Origin: Paraspadella gotoi
Lineage: Eukaryota; Animalia; Chaetognatha
Assembly (NCBI GenBank): GCA_051294375.1
Contig: CM119269.1
Coordinates: 13,670,562 to 13,734,561 of the forward strand
Direction of reading: 5' to 3'
DNA: 64,000 bases
The notes beneath the pieces were generated by a model. It was not told the origin of the DNA, ran no database searches, and was given only the letters and a program-made list of their open reading frames with translations. The position numbers and the translations under genes were made by a program. Positions 37,119 to 51,617 of the stretch are shown here, piece by piece. Every line of letters begins with the position of its first letter. The stretch's first letter is position 1.

Positions 37119-40100
37119 TAAACACCACAAGCGCCATGGAAACGTCTTAAGGTCAGTGAAATCCCCTGATCCGGTGTTATCGGGGAAAGGTCATCGTGTT
37201 TTTTCTTGAACTCGGGATTTCACTAAAGCGATGGAACGGATAGAATTTTTTCTTTTTTATTAGTTTGTTAATTCGACTTTTGTATTTGTTTTCGCCGCGA
37301 TTCACTTTCGGTCGGTTTTGTCGGGTCTGTCAGTCGGTATATCGTTTGTCGGTCTGTCCAAAAATGCTCATAACACGCCTACAGTTAGCGGCTCATTGTT
37401 AAGAAGGAAAATTTCTTTAATTTAAACCGAACTACTAGCGCCAAGCCTCAGGAAAATCCTAAAAACTATAAAGAAAAAAGAACGAATCTCCAAGGCTGTG
37501 CTATCATAAATACCACAGCGTTAAGAAAGTTATTGTAGTCATTAGTGTGATCACAGGGAAATAAACGTGAAAATAAAAGTCAACTGCGGCCCGCAACACA
37601 TATTGGATGAGAACCGATCTTGCTTTCACTTTCCGCAAGAGGAGAGAGATTAAACTTTCCTGGTCCAGGACGACTGCTCTTGTTTTTTGGTCATTGTCGG
37701 ATCAAATCTGAGTTCTGGGTACTTTCCCAAAACGCCCACTTGAATGTTAAAAAAATCCGTGTTATTAATTATAGTTTAAGGTACAAATTAAGTTTAGGAT
37801 TAAGTTTAGTGAGTTAGGGTTGGGGATAGGTTTAGATTTTTAATGAATCCTAAGTTGAAATTAAATTCAGGGATTAAGGAAAGAAATTGGGGCATCTTTT
37901 AGAAAAGAGAGCCCCAAATCTGAATTCTCTCGTGCGAAGCGGGGTCCCAATTCCGCTCGTCGAACTTTTATTTTCATGCCTGATACGAAATTTTGAAAAT
38001 CCCTGATGACGACATTGTGACATATCGCGACATATCTGTGACATATCATTGAGAAAAGTAAGAACTACCGACAATTTGATCATCGACCATGACGCGATGA
38101 GACCTGCCCGCAAAGCCTGACAAAGCCGACAATAGCCCTCTCGTTCCCTCGTCTGAATGCAATGCCTATTGTCGATTGAGAAAGCCTTCATACCCATCCT
38201 CCGGTTCCACTCGCACGCTCCACACACCTGGCGGCACCAATAAGAACAACAGAAGAAAATAAAGTGACGAGTTACGCCTCCGGCTTTATTTCTACTTTTT
38301 TGCTCTTTTTTTTCCTCTTTTTTTTACCAAAAAAAAAGTCTTTTTATGTTTTTTTCTTCCTTCCTTTTTCAGGAGAGGAAAAATAAAATCCAGAGAGTGA
38401 AATAAATTTGGTGTTTTATGAGGATGGAGAGAGGAAAAAAATATTATAAAATGGTGTGAGAAGCAATGTCTACGTAAAATCACTATTTTTTCTGCTGATC
38501 GCTCGTTTATATTATTAATATTTTTTTTGAGAGTTTAAAAAGTTGACAATAAATACTACAAAAAGTTAAGTGCGATTGGGTCGGGTCAGGCAGCCTGAGT
38601 TTGAGGATTTTCAGCAGATATGATGTTTGACGTGTCGGGTTATTAAGAGAGAAGAAATGAGTCACCAATCACTTTTTTTGGTTTAATTAATTTTTTGGAA
38701 TATTTTTTTTTCGCTTTTTTTTGCGACGCCGCTCTTAGTCTAATTTCTAATGCATTGTTCCATTGTTATTGTTTGGAAGTGTTGTTCTGGAATCAACCAC
38801 TTTTTAAATCTTTTGTTGTATTCTTTATTACTATAATTTAAGTCATAACTATAGATGAGTTTCTAAAACGATTGGTCACTTATCGGTTTTTCTTTATCTC
38901 AAACGACTAAATTTTAGCATGAATAAAAAATTCACCAATATCTTTTGTGATTTGTGAAAAGTTTTTTTGCGGGGGCGAGATCATTTTTCAACTGAGGAGA
39001 TAGAACGAAAGACCACGTCTGATTCCCAAACAAGTCGTGGCACAGAAAGCAGTGAGAGTCGCGGTGAGAGCGAAAGTTGTGAGTCTTTTGTAATGCTTTT
39101 CAACTCGTCTAAGCTTATTTTTTAGTCTGACGGGAATTTAGTTGGAAAATCAAGGATGCGAGAATGGAGAAGAAGGAGTGATCTTCCTCTCTGCAATCTC
39201 CTCTCTCTTCTCGTCTCATCTCTCCTCGCTCTCTCTCTCTCTCCTCTTCTCTCTTTTTGGTGTCCGTCCCCTTTCTTTTTTATGTGGCCACTTGGACAGT
39301 TTGACCACGCGTCGCATCCCTGATCTAAGGGAAAGTACAAAGTTTTGTCACCACTTTCGCTTTAAAATCATAATTTCGTTCCGCTTAAAACTGAATTTAA
39401 TAAATCTCTTCATCAACAATCCTTTTTTTTTTTAATACGACATATCTTCGCTAATAATCCAAAGGTATGATTTTTGTTTTTCGTGTTTCGTGCGCGCTTG
39501 CCATGAGTTGGTTAAAGTTCGGGGAAAACATGGAAACATATTATTTTAAAAAAAATATAAATAAACCGAATGAGTTGGGGGGAGAAAATCATTTCCAATT
39601 TTTTTCAAATCGATAAAAAGTCTCAATTAAATCCGAATAAATAAATCGCATGGAATAAAATCAACCGGCGAATTTTTTTATTTCTCTCTCCCTCAGAAGA
39701 AAGCAAAAAAAAGGACGTCACACTCGATATTGAGCAGTGTCAACAGAAATAACGTACAACAGTCAACAGCGAAAAACGGACATTAAACAACAACGATTTC
39801 GGCACGACAAAGTCGAGGATAAAGTCACCAAAACGAACGAGCAAGCAGCTCCGGGCCCGGACCTGAACATGGGATAAAGGAAAATCGGATGCGAGATGTC
39901 AGGACAAAAATCGACGACGATGAATCGAAATTGGAAAATTAAAGGAAATTGGAAATTGAAAATTCAGGTAGATTCAGATTTTGATTAAACAATTTTTTTT
40001 TTCTTAATAGACCGTTCAATTTAGTTTATTTATTGCGTAAACGCTTGAATTTTTTTTAAATTTTGCCCTGAAGCATGAAAACAAGAACAGCGCGAAAGGG

Positions 40101-43004
40101 TGAAAGGCGAGGCGATAGCTGCAGTTGGTAAAGTCGGTGGTAGGTGTGCCTTGGCAGGCGGAAGTGGTAGCGGGGTTAAAGCGGAGCGATAGTGAACAGT
40201 GAAAGCGGAATGGTATCGCGGAAAGGAAAATGAACGGTAGAACGGAGGGATTGTAAAAAAAAAAAAATCGACAAAAGTCGGTAAAATAATCTTTTTTATG
40301 CGTCGCCAACGAAAGTTTATCTCGTGTTGAAGTCAGCTGTAAGTTGTTGTTTCGTTTCGTCCCGTTTCCGTCTCCGTCGTCATCGTCGCGTCGATCGTTG
40401 TCTTCATCGTTGACTTCATCGGTCGTCATCCGCGTCGGTAGTCGCTTTACGGTCGTCTTAGTCTTCGTCACTAAGATGACGATAAATGGGAACAAAAAAA
40501 ACTGGATTTATTGATGGATGAAGAAAACCTCATTTACCCTTGAAATCAAACGAGCGGAGAGGCGGATGCCTGCAAAGAGTGATGCCGATGCTGCATGAAG
40601 TGAGATATGCCCTCTGGGTTGAGTCGATGCAGTTGTTTTTTTGTGTTTTTTATTTCGCTAAGTTTTTTTTTTTTAGGCTTAAGGGTTTTCTACTCACCTA
40701 ATTTCTTGGTTTTTATTTCGGGCCTTTCGCGCATTTTTTTTATTCTTTATATTCTTATTTTCCTCCCTCTTTTTATCCTAAATTGTCTTTTCCTTCTTTA
40801 CTTTCCTTCTTTTATTTTCTCGCCCTCCTATTTCCCCCTTTATCTCACCTCTTTTTATTTCACTTTCCTTTTTTTTTCGAGGTTCGCGCGACGCGCAGAC
40901 TCACGAGAAACGCAATTCGAAGGCAGTTGTGGTTTTCGTTGTTGTTGTTGTCGTTGTCCACGAAGTTTCGCTGTTGCCCATTTCAGGATCCTTGTGGCTG
41001 AATATACTAAATATGTAATTCATTTTAGTTCATTTGTTTCATTGGGGCCTTTGTTTTTTTTTGGTAAATAGTAATATAAAGTAGTACCAATTTCTTTTCC
41101 AAATTCCGCAGTTGAATGTCGGCCAAAAGGAGAAGGATTAGAATTGATTAAAATTATGATGCAGGAAAGAAGGATTAAGATTACGGATTAGAATTATGAT
41201 ACAAGAGAAAAGAATTAGGATTAAGGATTAGAATTATGATGCAGGAGAGAAGGATTAGGATTAAGGATTTAAATTATGATGCAGGAGAGAAGGATTAGGA
41301 TTAAGAATTAGAATTATGATGTAGGAGAGAAGGATTAGAATTAAGGATTTAAATTACGATGCAGGAGAGAAGGATTAGGATTAAGGATTAGAATTATGAT
41401 GTAGGAGAGAAGGATTATGATCACTAATGGAATTAGGGCCATCTTGAAAAGGACCGCCAAAAAAAATGGGGTAGTTGTCGTGATTGTTTCGGTCTTTCCA
41501 CGACCCGCGTTCATTCGACCTCAGTTCTGATGGAACAATGACTCGTTTAACTGCAACATTGACTTTCATGTTGTTTTTGTTTATGTTTCTGCCTCATTTT
41601 TTTGGGTCGCAAACGCGAATAACGGAATATTTATGTTGTGGTAAAAGCATTCAGAATTTCGTTGGGTTTATTTCTTTGCCAGGCAACGAGCTGATCTAGT
41701 GTTAACTTTGCCACCAAGCAAATAAATATTTACTCTGGTGTTACTTAAGTTTGCTGTGGTCTAAATAAATATCTAAATAACGTGCGCATAGTATGCAGAT
41801 AAAAGTATTTTACAGAATAATATTTACACTTTCGATTTGAAACTCTCTCACTCTTCTTTACTCTAAAGAGCAGTCATGGATTCCGGTAAACCATTAAGTT
41901 ATAAAAAGTTTTAAAATAAAACCTTGAAATCTGCCAAGTGACTGAATTAAAAATACTGCGGCGACTCGAACTGTGGACGATTTTAATTGAGAAAAAATAT
42001 GAAGCGAAAGTAATCGAGTCTCCCTTCGTCCAGGGAGTTTTAAACAAAAAAGAAAAAGAAAAGAAAAAAATTAAAAATCAATGTCAAAACCTTTTAAGGA
42101 AATTGAATATAGATTCAATCAACTCGACTAATATGTTCTCTCTCTTCAGACTTCAGGAAAGGAATTGAAATATACAATACGTATCTGTATAATATAATAT
42201 AATACGTATAATACAGATTCTGCACCGAGGACAAGGAAACTACTTCAGCGGAACGAAGAAGTGATATTTCATTAGCTGTCACTTTTTTCGCAAGGAGTAA
42301 ACTTAATGTATGTTAATGTTAATTTTGCTCCAATAAAACATTTCGGACGCTGTCTGCCACTATCTTTAAATATCTATCTCTTTCTCTGTTTCTGTTTCTT
42401 CCGTNNNNNNNNNNNNNNNNNNNNNNNNNNNNNNNNNNNNNNNNNNNNNNNNNNNNNNNNNNNNNNNNNNNNNNNNNNNNNNNNNNNNNNNNNNNNNNNN
42501 NNNNNNNNNNNNNNNNNNNNNNNNNNNNNNNNNNNNNNNNNNNNNNNNNNNNNNNNNNNNNNNNNNNNNNNNNNNNNNNNNNNNNNNNNNNNNNNNNNNN
42601 NNNNNNNNNNNNNNNNNNNNNNNNNNNNNNNNNNNNNNNNNNACGACGACGACGACGACGACGACGACCACCTCTACCTCACCTTTTTATCATTTGCCTT
42701 TTATGGCCTCCTTTTTAAAGTAAATTTTTCTTTAAAAAAANNNNNNNNNNNNNNNNNNNNNNNNNNNNNNNNNNNNNNNNNNNNNNNNNNNNNNNNNNNN
42801 NNNNNNNNNNNNNNNNNNNNNNNNNNNNNNNNNNNNNNNNNNNNNNNNNNNNNNNNNNNNNNNNNNNNNNNNNNNNNNNNNNNNNNNNNNNNNNNNNNNN
42901 NNNNNNNNNNNNNNNNNNNNNNNNNNNTTGTTTTGGCCTTTCTTTTCAAATTAGCCTTTCAAATAAAATTTTTCGATAAGACCTGTTTGACATTTTTAAT
43001 CGAA

Positions 43005-43272
43005 CTTTCTGATTGGCCTTTTTGATATGAGCCCTTCTGATAACCCTTTCTGATTGGCCTTTTTGATATGAGCCCTTCTGATGACTCTTTCTGATTGGCC
43101 TTTTTGATATGAGCCCATCTGATGACCCTTTCTGATTGGCCTTTTTGATATGAGCCCTTCTGATGACCTTTTCTGATTGGCCTTTGTGATATGAGCCCTT
43201 CTGATAACCCTTTCTGATTGACCTTTTTGATATGAGACCTTCTGATGACCCTTTCTGATTGACTTTCCTGAT
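43005..43272. repeat. 41-bp minisatellite ttctgattggcctttttgatatgagcccttctgatgaccct (other copy 35035-35320)
   Basis: About 6.5 tandem units; they give rotating-frame repetitive ORFs. Confidence 0.92.
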
Positions 43273-43610
43273 ATGCATTTACGATTACCACTCACTACGA
43301 CTGATACTCCTTCCTTTTCTGAAATTTCAGGTCAGTATTTTTATGAGTGACTTTTCTCATTTGCTGTATGACAGCATGTAATTAATTGGCTTTTCTGACT
43401 TTTCCATTCGCCTCCCTTTTCAACTTTTTATTGGAAAAATGAAAAAAAAATCCCTCTTGAATTTTCTTGATTTTTTTCTCCTGATAAAAATCTAACTCAA
43501 CGCAACGACCTCTTAAGACGTCGCCACTGGCGATTAGTCTTTTATTTTTTCATTTTAACGATGACATCTTTTGTTTCTTGAAGATCGATAAAAGAAATCG
43601 ACAAAATGGA

Positions 43611-43663
<53 letters not shown>

Positions 43664-44076
43664 AAAGTTGTAAAGTTGTAAGGGTCCAGCTGACGCACCC
43701 TTTCAGATTATTGAGGCGAGGTAAGTTTCTCGGTGATTGGGTGAGGAAAACGATCTGAACGACTCTAAAAATTCAACTTTAGATAACATGAAGATTGGCT
43801 AATCTTGTGACACCGTCAATCTAATGATAGTCACTTTTATCATTTTATGACGAGAGAAATCCAAATGAGAGAATGAATCCCTTAAATTTTTCTTCCGCTC
43901 TTTGCCTTCGGTAAGCAAGAAAAAAATCGTCGCCAAGAACCGGAAAATTGGTATTTAGAGACGAAGGTGACGGCGACGACGACGACGACGACGACGAAGA
44001 CGACGACGACGAAGACGACGACCATAAATCTTAGCGCTTGACTGAGCGTCTCTCTGAGTTTACGTTTGAATGAGAA

Positions 44077-44156
<80 letters not shown>

Positions 44157-44932
44157 GGCGGAAGGTGTTTAATGATTATCGAGTTTCCGGGTTCATCGTC
44201 AGGTGGCGTTACGGGTTCGTACGATATCAGTCGTTACTACTACAGTGTACAATTACAATTGTACAATGTACAATTGTACATACATTGTACAATACCTTCA
44301 CACATGTTTATAGTTTCGATCCTTGCTTATCATTCGATAAGTCATTCCACCGAGGCAGTGTATAAACTATAAATACTTTAAATAGTATAATACTCTAGAT
44401 TCTACGCGATTTAATTCAATACTACTAATACAACGTGCAAATTCGATTTAATATCAACAAACGAAGTTATCGTTGATTAGGAGAAAAAAATCAAGTCACG
44501 TTTTCCTGTTGATGATTTTTTACAAAAAAAAATCCTTTTATTAATTCATAACAAAGCGACGTTTTCCTGATCCGCAAATATAAACACGCAAACCTTAAAA
44601 TCCTAATGAAAAACTATGATTACAACCAAATCATAGAGCTTGTAGTTCTTTGACACAAGTACACGCAGTTTTCTAAATAAAAAACAAAAAAACATTTGAA
44701 AGTCGGCTCGAATGTCTCGCGATACATATAGCGTGGTTTTTATATTTTAAAAAACAATTTAAAAATACTGTAAAATCCTTAAAGAAATAAAATGATTTTT
44801 AAAAAAAGTTCAAATGAAACCAACGAATTGCACGTCCAAGATAAAAAAAATGGTAGATGAAACTTTACGCGAAAACTTTTCAACCGAAAATCGTTTCCAC
44901 GAATTCGGAAACAAAGCATTAACTTAACGAGC

Positions 44933-44998
<66 letters not shown>

Positions 44999-45753
44999 CT
45001 CTTAAACACAAACAAGCGCCATGGAAACGTCTAAGGTTAGTAAATCCCCCTGAATCCGGGTGTATCGGGGAAAGGTCATCGTGTTTTTTCTTGAACTCGG
45101 GATTTCACTAAAGCGATGGACGGATAGAATTTTTTCTTTTTTTTAGTTTGTTATTCGACTTTTGTATTTTAGTTTCGCCGCGATTCACTTTTCGGTCGGT
45201 TTGTCGGTCTGTCAGTCGGTATATCTGTTTGTCGGTCTGTCCCAAAAATGCTCATAACACGCCTACAGTTAGCGGCTCATTTGTTAAGAAGGGAAAATCT
45301 TTAAATTTAACCGACTACTAGCGCCGCCTCCAGGAAATCCTAAAACTATAAAGAAAAAAGACGGAATTCCAATGCTGTGCTTATCATAAATACACAGGTT
45401 AAGAAAGTTATTGTAGTCATGTGATCACAGGGAAATAAACGTGAAAATAAAGTCACTGCGGCGCAACACATTGGATGAACCGATCTTGTTTCACTTTCCG
45501 CGAGAGAGAGATTAAACTTTCTGTCCAGGGACGACTGCTCTTTTTTTTGGTCATTGTCGGATCAAATCTGAGTCTTACTTTCCCAAACCGCCCACTTGAA
45601 GTTAAAAAATCCGTGTTATTAATTATAGTTAAGGGTAACAATTAAGTTTAAGGATTAAGTTAGTGATTAGGGTTAGGGGATAAGGTTTAGATTTTTAATG
45701 AATCCTAAAGTTGAAATTAAATTCAGGGATTAAGGAACAGAAATGGGGCTCTT

Positions 45754-46079
45754 TTAGAAAAGAGAGCCCAAATCTGAATTGCTCTCGTGCGAAGCGGGGT
45801 CCCATTCCGCTCGTCGAACTTTTATTTCATCCTGATACGAAATTTGAAAATCCCTGATGACGACATTGTGACATATCAGCGACATATCTGTGACATATCA
45901 TTGAGAAAAGTAAGAACTACCCGACAACTTTGATCCTCGACCATGACGCGATGAGACCTGCCCGACAAAGCCTGACAAAGCCCGACAAAGCCCTCTCGTT
46001 CCCTCGTCTGAATGCAATGCCATTGTCGATTGAGAAGCCTTCATACCCCATCCTCCGGTTCCACTCGCACGCCCACCAC
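45754..46079 (-). CDS. Last two exons (46079-45921, 45831-45754) of an unknown protein; duplicate at ~37898-38227
   Basis: The consensus of the two noisy copies gives VVGVRVEPEDGYEGFLNRQWHCIQTREREGFVGLCQALSGRSHRVMVEDQSCR|DEIKVRRAEWDPASHESNSDLGSLF*. Exon lengths of 159 and 78 nt keep phase 0. Confidence 0.45.
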
Positions 46080-47020
46080 CTGGCGGCAACCAAAAGAACA
46101 ACAGAAGAAAATAAAAAGTGACGAGTTACGCCTCCGGCTTTTATTTCTACTTTTTGCTCTTTTTTTCCTCTTTTTTTTTACCAAAAAAAAGTTCTTTTAT
46201 GTGTTTTTTCCTTCCTTCCTTTTTCAGGAGGGAAAAAAATATAAAATCCAGAGGAGTGAAATAAATTTGTGTTTATGAGGATGGAGAGAGGGAAAAAATA
46301 TTATAAAAATGGTTGAGCAAGCAATGTCTCGTAAAATCACTATTTTTCTGCTGATCACTCGTTTTATTTTATTTATTTAAACGAATAATTATATTTTTTA
46401 GAGTTTAAAAGTTGACAAATAAATACTAAAAAAAAGTTAAGTGCGATGGTCCGGGGTCAGGACAGCCCTGAGTTTGAGGATTTCAGAGATATGATGTTGA
46501 TCTGTCGTTATTAAAAAAAAAATAATCCAATCACTTTTTTTGTTCAATTAATTTTTTTTTGAATATTTTTTTTTTGTCGCTTTTTTTTGCGACAGTCCCT
46601 CTTAGTCTTAATTTCTAATCATTTTTCATTGTTATTGTTTTGAGTTGTGTTCTGGAATTCACCAATTTTTAAACTCTCTTTTGTATTCTTTATTACTAAA
46701 TTAGTCATAACTAGTAATGATTTCTAAACGATTGTCACTTATCGTTTTTCTTTATCTTCAAACGACTAAATTTTAGCCATGAATAAAAAATTCACCAAAT
46801 ATCTTTTTGTGAATTTGTGAAAGTTTTTTCGGGGCGAAACTCATTTTTCACTAGGAATAAAACGAAGACCACGTCTGATTCCCAAAAAGTCTCACAAAAC
46901 AGTGAGAGTCGCGTGAGAGCAAAAGTTGTGATTCTTTTGTAATCTTTTCACTCTCTAACTTATTTTTTAGTCTGACGGGATTTAGTTGAAAAATCAAGGA
47001 TCGAAATGGAAAAAAATGCA

Positions 47021-47070
<50 letters not shown>

Positions 47071-47506
47071 CTCTTTTTGTGTCGTTCCCCTTTTCTTTTT
47101 ATGTGGCCACTGGACAGTTCTGACCACGGTCCATCCCTGATCTAAGGACAAGTTACAAAAGTTTTGTCACCACTTTCGCTTAAAATCATAATTTCGTTTC
47201 CGCTTAAAACTGAATTAATAAAAATCTCTTCTCAACAATCCTTTTTTTTTTTATAACGACATATCTTCGCTAATAATCCAAAGGTATTATTTTTTTTTCT
47301 GTTCGTGCCGTTGCCATGAGTTGGTTAAATTCGCGGGGAAAACATGGAACATATTCATTTTAAAAAAAATATAAATAACCGAAATGAGTTGGGGGGAGAA
47401 TCAATTTTCAATTTTTTCAAATCGATAAAAAGTCTCAATTTAAATCCGAATAAATAAATGCATGGAATAAATCAACCGCGAATTTTTTTATTTCTCTCTC
47501 CCTCAG

Positions 47507-47764
47507 GAAGAAGCAGAAAAAAAGGACGTCACCGCGACAGCCGATAATATCAACATCAACAGCAAAAACGACAACATCAACAGCAAAAACGACATAAACA
47601 ACAACGATTTCGACGACAAAGTCGAGGATAAAGTCACAAACAACAGCAGCAGCTCCAGCCCGGACCTGAACATGGATAAAGGAAAATCGATCGAGATTCA
47701 ACATAAAATCGACGACGATGAATCGAAATTGGAAAAATTAAAGGAAATGGAAATTGAAATTCAG
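47507..47764 (+). CDS. Internal exon encoding an Asn/Asp/Lys-rich segment, possibly upstream part of the 50-56 kb gene
   Basis: ctcag|EEAEKKDVTATADNIN...ESKLEKLKEMEIEIQ|gtagat; 258 nt, open, phase 0/0. A noisier copy lies at ~39697-39967. Confidence 0.55.
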
Positions 47765-50350
47765 GTAGATTCAATTTTGATTTAACAATTTTTTTTTCAT
47801 TAATAGACCGTTCAATTTATTTATTTATTGCGTAAACGTTGAATTTTTTTAAATTTTGCCCTGAACATTGAAAAACAGAACAGCGCGAAAGGGTGAAAGC
47901 GAGGCGAGTAGCTGGCTTGGTAAATCGGTGGTAGTGTGCCTGGCAGCGGAAGTGGTAGCGGGGGTGAAAGCGGAGCGATAGTGACAGTGAAAGCGGGAAT
48001 GGTATCGCGGAAAGGAAAATGACGTAGAGACGGGAGGATTTGAAAAAAAAAAAATCACAAAAATCGGTAAAATAATTTTTTATGCGTCGCCACGAAATTT
48101 ATCTGTGAAGCAGCTGTAGTTGTTGTTTCTTTCGTCCGTTTCGTCTCCGTCGNNNNNNNNNNCGTCATCGTTGTCTTCATCGTTGACTTCATCGTCGTCA
48201 TCCGCGTCGTGGTCGCTTACGTCGTCTTAGTCTTCGTCAACCAAGATGACGATAAAAGGGAACAAAAAAAAAAAACTGGATTTATTGATGGATGAAGAAA
48301 ACCTCATTTACCCTTGAAATCAACGAGCGGAGAGGCGATGCTGCAAAGAGTGATGCGATGCTGCATGGGATTCGTCGATGCTGCATGAAGTGAGATTATG
48401 CCCTCTGGGTTGAGTCGATGCAGTTGTTTTTTTGTTGTTTTTTTTATTTCGCTAGTTTTTTTTTAGGCTTAAGGGTTTTCTACTCACCTAATTTTCTTGG
48501 TTTTTATTTCGCCTTTCCGCCATTTTTTTAAACTTCTTTTTATATTCTATTTTCCTCCCTCTTTTTAACCTTAAATTTCTTTTCCTTCTTTACTTCCTTT
48601 CCTTTTATTTTCTCTCCTATTTCCCCCCTTTTATCTCTCTTTCACTTTCCCTTTTTTTTTGTCTCACGTTTTTCTTCTTCATGCCTTCTTTCCTAATTTA
48701 TTTATTTTTATTCCTTCCTTCCCTTATTCCTCGCTTTCTATTTTACTTGCTGCCCTTTTTCTCCCTTATAATTCCGCTTTGCTCTTTTCAAGCTGAGATT
48801 TTCTCAGTAGAATTAAGCGATCACTCTTTCACCCTCAGAGCAAAATAAATACCTGCGTCTCGACAGTTATATAACTGAAAGGCTGAAAGACAGACGAGAC
48901 GATTACCGACGAAAATACATATATTGCAATTTCAACAACTTTTGGACGCGAAAGAAGGGAACGGAAAATGGGGAGACAGACGCAGAGAAAGAGGAAGAGA
49001 GCAAGAAAGAGAGCGCAAGAGATAGAACAAAAAGCGGACGATAACACTTAGAGAGCGAGAGGAAATAATAGACCCAGAGCCCGAGATTGACAGAGACGGA
49101 GAGAGAAAGCGAGAGAAGAAGACACCAACGCGATTTTCGAAACACAATTTCTGTCGCTGAAAAAAAAAGAATGATCATTTCTCGCGCGAGAGAGAGCCAA
49201 TTTTGAAGTCGCGACTTTTCCTTACAAGTTGGAAGCTGAAGAATAAAGACTCTTTCGCGGGAAAATTATCAGATTTAAAGAAAAAGATGTGGAAATCTCG
49301 TACAAGTAATTGCGTAGTTGTGGAAAAAAGTATTGACGGTTGAGATCATAAAAAATTCAGAATTTCCTGGGCGGAAATAATTCGCGTCACAGGCGAAAGA
49401 ATCAAAGCGAAATCTTTTCCGAGACGAAAAATCATCGATGCCAAAAAAATCCAAATGTAAAACACGAATCGAAGTCTGAAGCGAAAATTTCTATGAGGAA
49501 ATATCTTTTTTTCTTGCATCAAAGAATTGTAAGGCGGCGCGGAAGTTAATTCTATTTCCTTTACGCTTCGATAAAGTCAGATGTCTCAATCTAAACCAAA
49601 CTTGTACCATGAAATTTAAATATGTACTTGAAATGAAATTTATGTAACATGATTTCTCTCTGTTCGAGTCGCCGCTTTTTGAGTATGTATGTACCGAAGT
49701 ATTACCAAGTTCAAAATTATGGGCCAGATAGCTACTTTACTGAATGAATGGGAAGTTTATTTATTGCTTGTCCTTATTTCATTGCATTGTTTCATATCGT
49801 ATACTTGCTAATCAGAACTGTCATTCAACGATGGATATACTATCCTAGTCATTTTGCGTGTTTATCGAATTTACTGCTCGATCCCGGTTGTCGAGTCTAC
49901 GCGCGTGGGCGTTATCCACAATTTTCTCGATCGAGTTCGCTCCTATTCGCTTCTATTTGACGTCATCGCGGGCGACAATGAAAACCAAGGTTGCTTCGTC
50001 CTCAAATGTAAACATGGTAACAAAATGAACTCGCACAAGGATAGTAATGACAACGACATTAGCGGCAAAAGTCATTGTTATCCAAATATGGGCGTTTTAA
50101 AATTATTTCAAGAGGGTTTAAAAATAGTTTTTAAAGTATAAAAACTCGTTTTAATATAGGATATTAATATTTTTTTTTAGAAAGAAAGATATCTTTATCT
50201 CGCCATCTTGCTCCTTCCCCTTTCTTATTCCGTCTCGATCTCAATTAGATTCTCTCTTTTTCTATTTAGTCATTCATACCCGAATCAACTGGCGTCTTTT
50301 GTTTTCTCAATTTTTTTTAGTTTGCAATTTTTAATTGTTTTTTTATTTAG

Positions 50351-51567
50351 GCAAACGAAGATTCCAATGTTAAGGAAGAGAATATCAAGAGAGAAGACGC
50401 CGCCACCAAATTGGAGGAAGAATCAAACAAGTGAGAAAAAGAGAGAGAGAGACAAATAAAGAGAGAGAGACAAATAAAGAGAGAGACACAAAGAAAGAAA
50501 GAGACAAAGAAAAGGAGAGAGACAAATAAAGAGAGAGAGAGAGAGAGAGAGATAAAGAGAGAGAGAGAGAGAGAGATAAAGAGATAAAGAGATAAAGAAA
50601 GAGAGAGAGAGACAGTGAAAAAGAGAGACAGAGATAAAGAGAAAGAGACAAAGAGAGAGGGACAAAGATAGAGAGATACTTTATATGTCTGATGATGCTT
50701 AGTTTTTGTTATTATGTACGAAAGGTATATTACTTTAACTATTCGAAAATATTCTTTATATCCAGATATAGCTTGAACAATTTTATTTTTAACTTCTTTA
50801 TCTTTTTTTGTTCTGGAAAAATTGTCCCTCTTTATAATAGTATTTTCTCCCTCTCTCCCCTACTTTCCCTCTACCCTCCCGTCTATCCCTCTCTTTCTCT
50901 CTCCCCTTCCTATCTCTCTCTCTTATCCTCCCTCTCTCTCTTCCCCTCTTCCTCCCTTCTCTCCCTTCCCTCGCTCCCTTCTCCCCCCCCAAATCTCCGT
51001 CCAGGAACGAAGAGAAGATAAATCAGGTTTCGCTCGGAGAAATCCAGACGACGCCGGACAAAATGGCGGAGGAGCGAACCATCGATCTGGAGGCCGCCGA
51101 AAGAGATAGAGAGCGAGAGGAAGTGGGGCAGGGAGACGCGTCGGTGGAGGATGAGACGGAGAGCGACTCCTTCTCGACGACCTTGACTATGGGAGGAAAC
51201 GAAGGTAAGAAAAAAAAAGAGCATCGTGTTGAAAATTAAGAGAAAACAAGGAAGGGTAACTTGGATATTTTGAGCCGCATTGGATTGATCATTTGTTTTC
51301 TTTGCCTCGATTTAATCCTTATTTGCATCTCTTTTAAAAAAGGAAGCGAATGTAGTTACTATTTTGTTTATTAGTTTTGTTATATATTATGTTTGAGAAA
51401 ATTATTACAAAGAGATTTAACCACATTGATTATTTATTAAAAATATGTTAAAAAATTTATTAATATATAATTTAATATTAAAAATAAGTAAGATGGACTA
51501 AGAATCACCGACAGAACGACAGAAAAGTAGCTTAAATTTATGTAGGGACGCTCAAAAGAGAGGGAGA

Positions 51568-51617
<50 letters not shown>

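Larger units (their letters stand above)
32335..48660. repeat. ~8-kb direct tandem duplication (32335-40878 / 40880-48660)
   Basis: Both copies begin gaggttcgcgcgacgcgcagactc and are colinear to cactttcc-polyT. They differ by dense small indels and one ~650-bp insertion. Confidence 0.95.

Noticed and set aside
42946-43295. Three overlapping repetitive ORFs, or a CRISPR-like array
   Set aside because: A 41-bp head-to-tail minisatellite with no unique spacers; the unit is not a multiple of 3; the context is eukaryotic.
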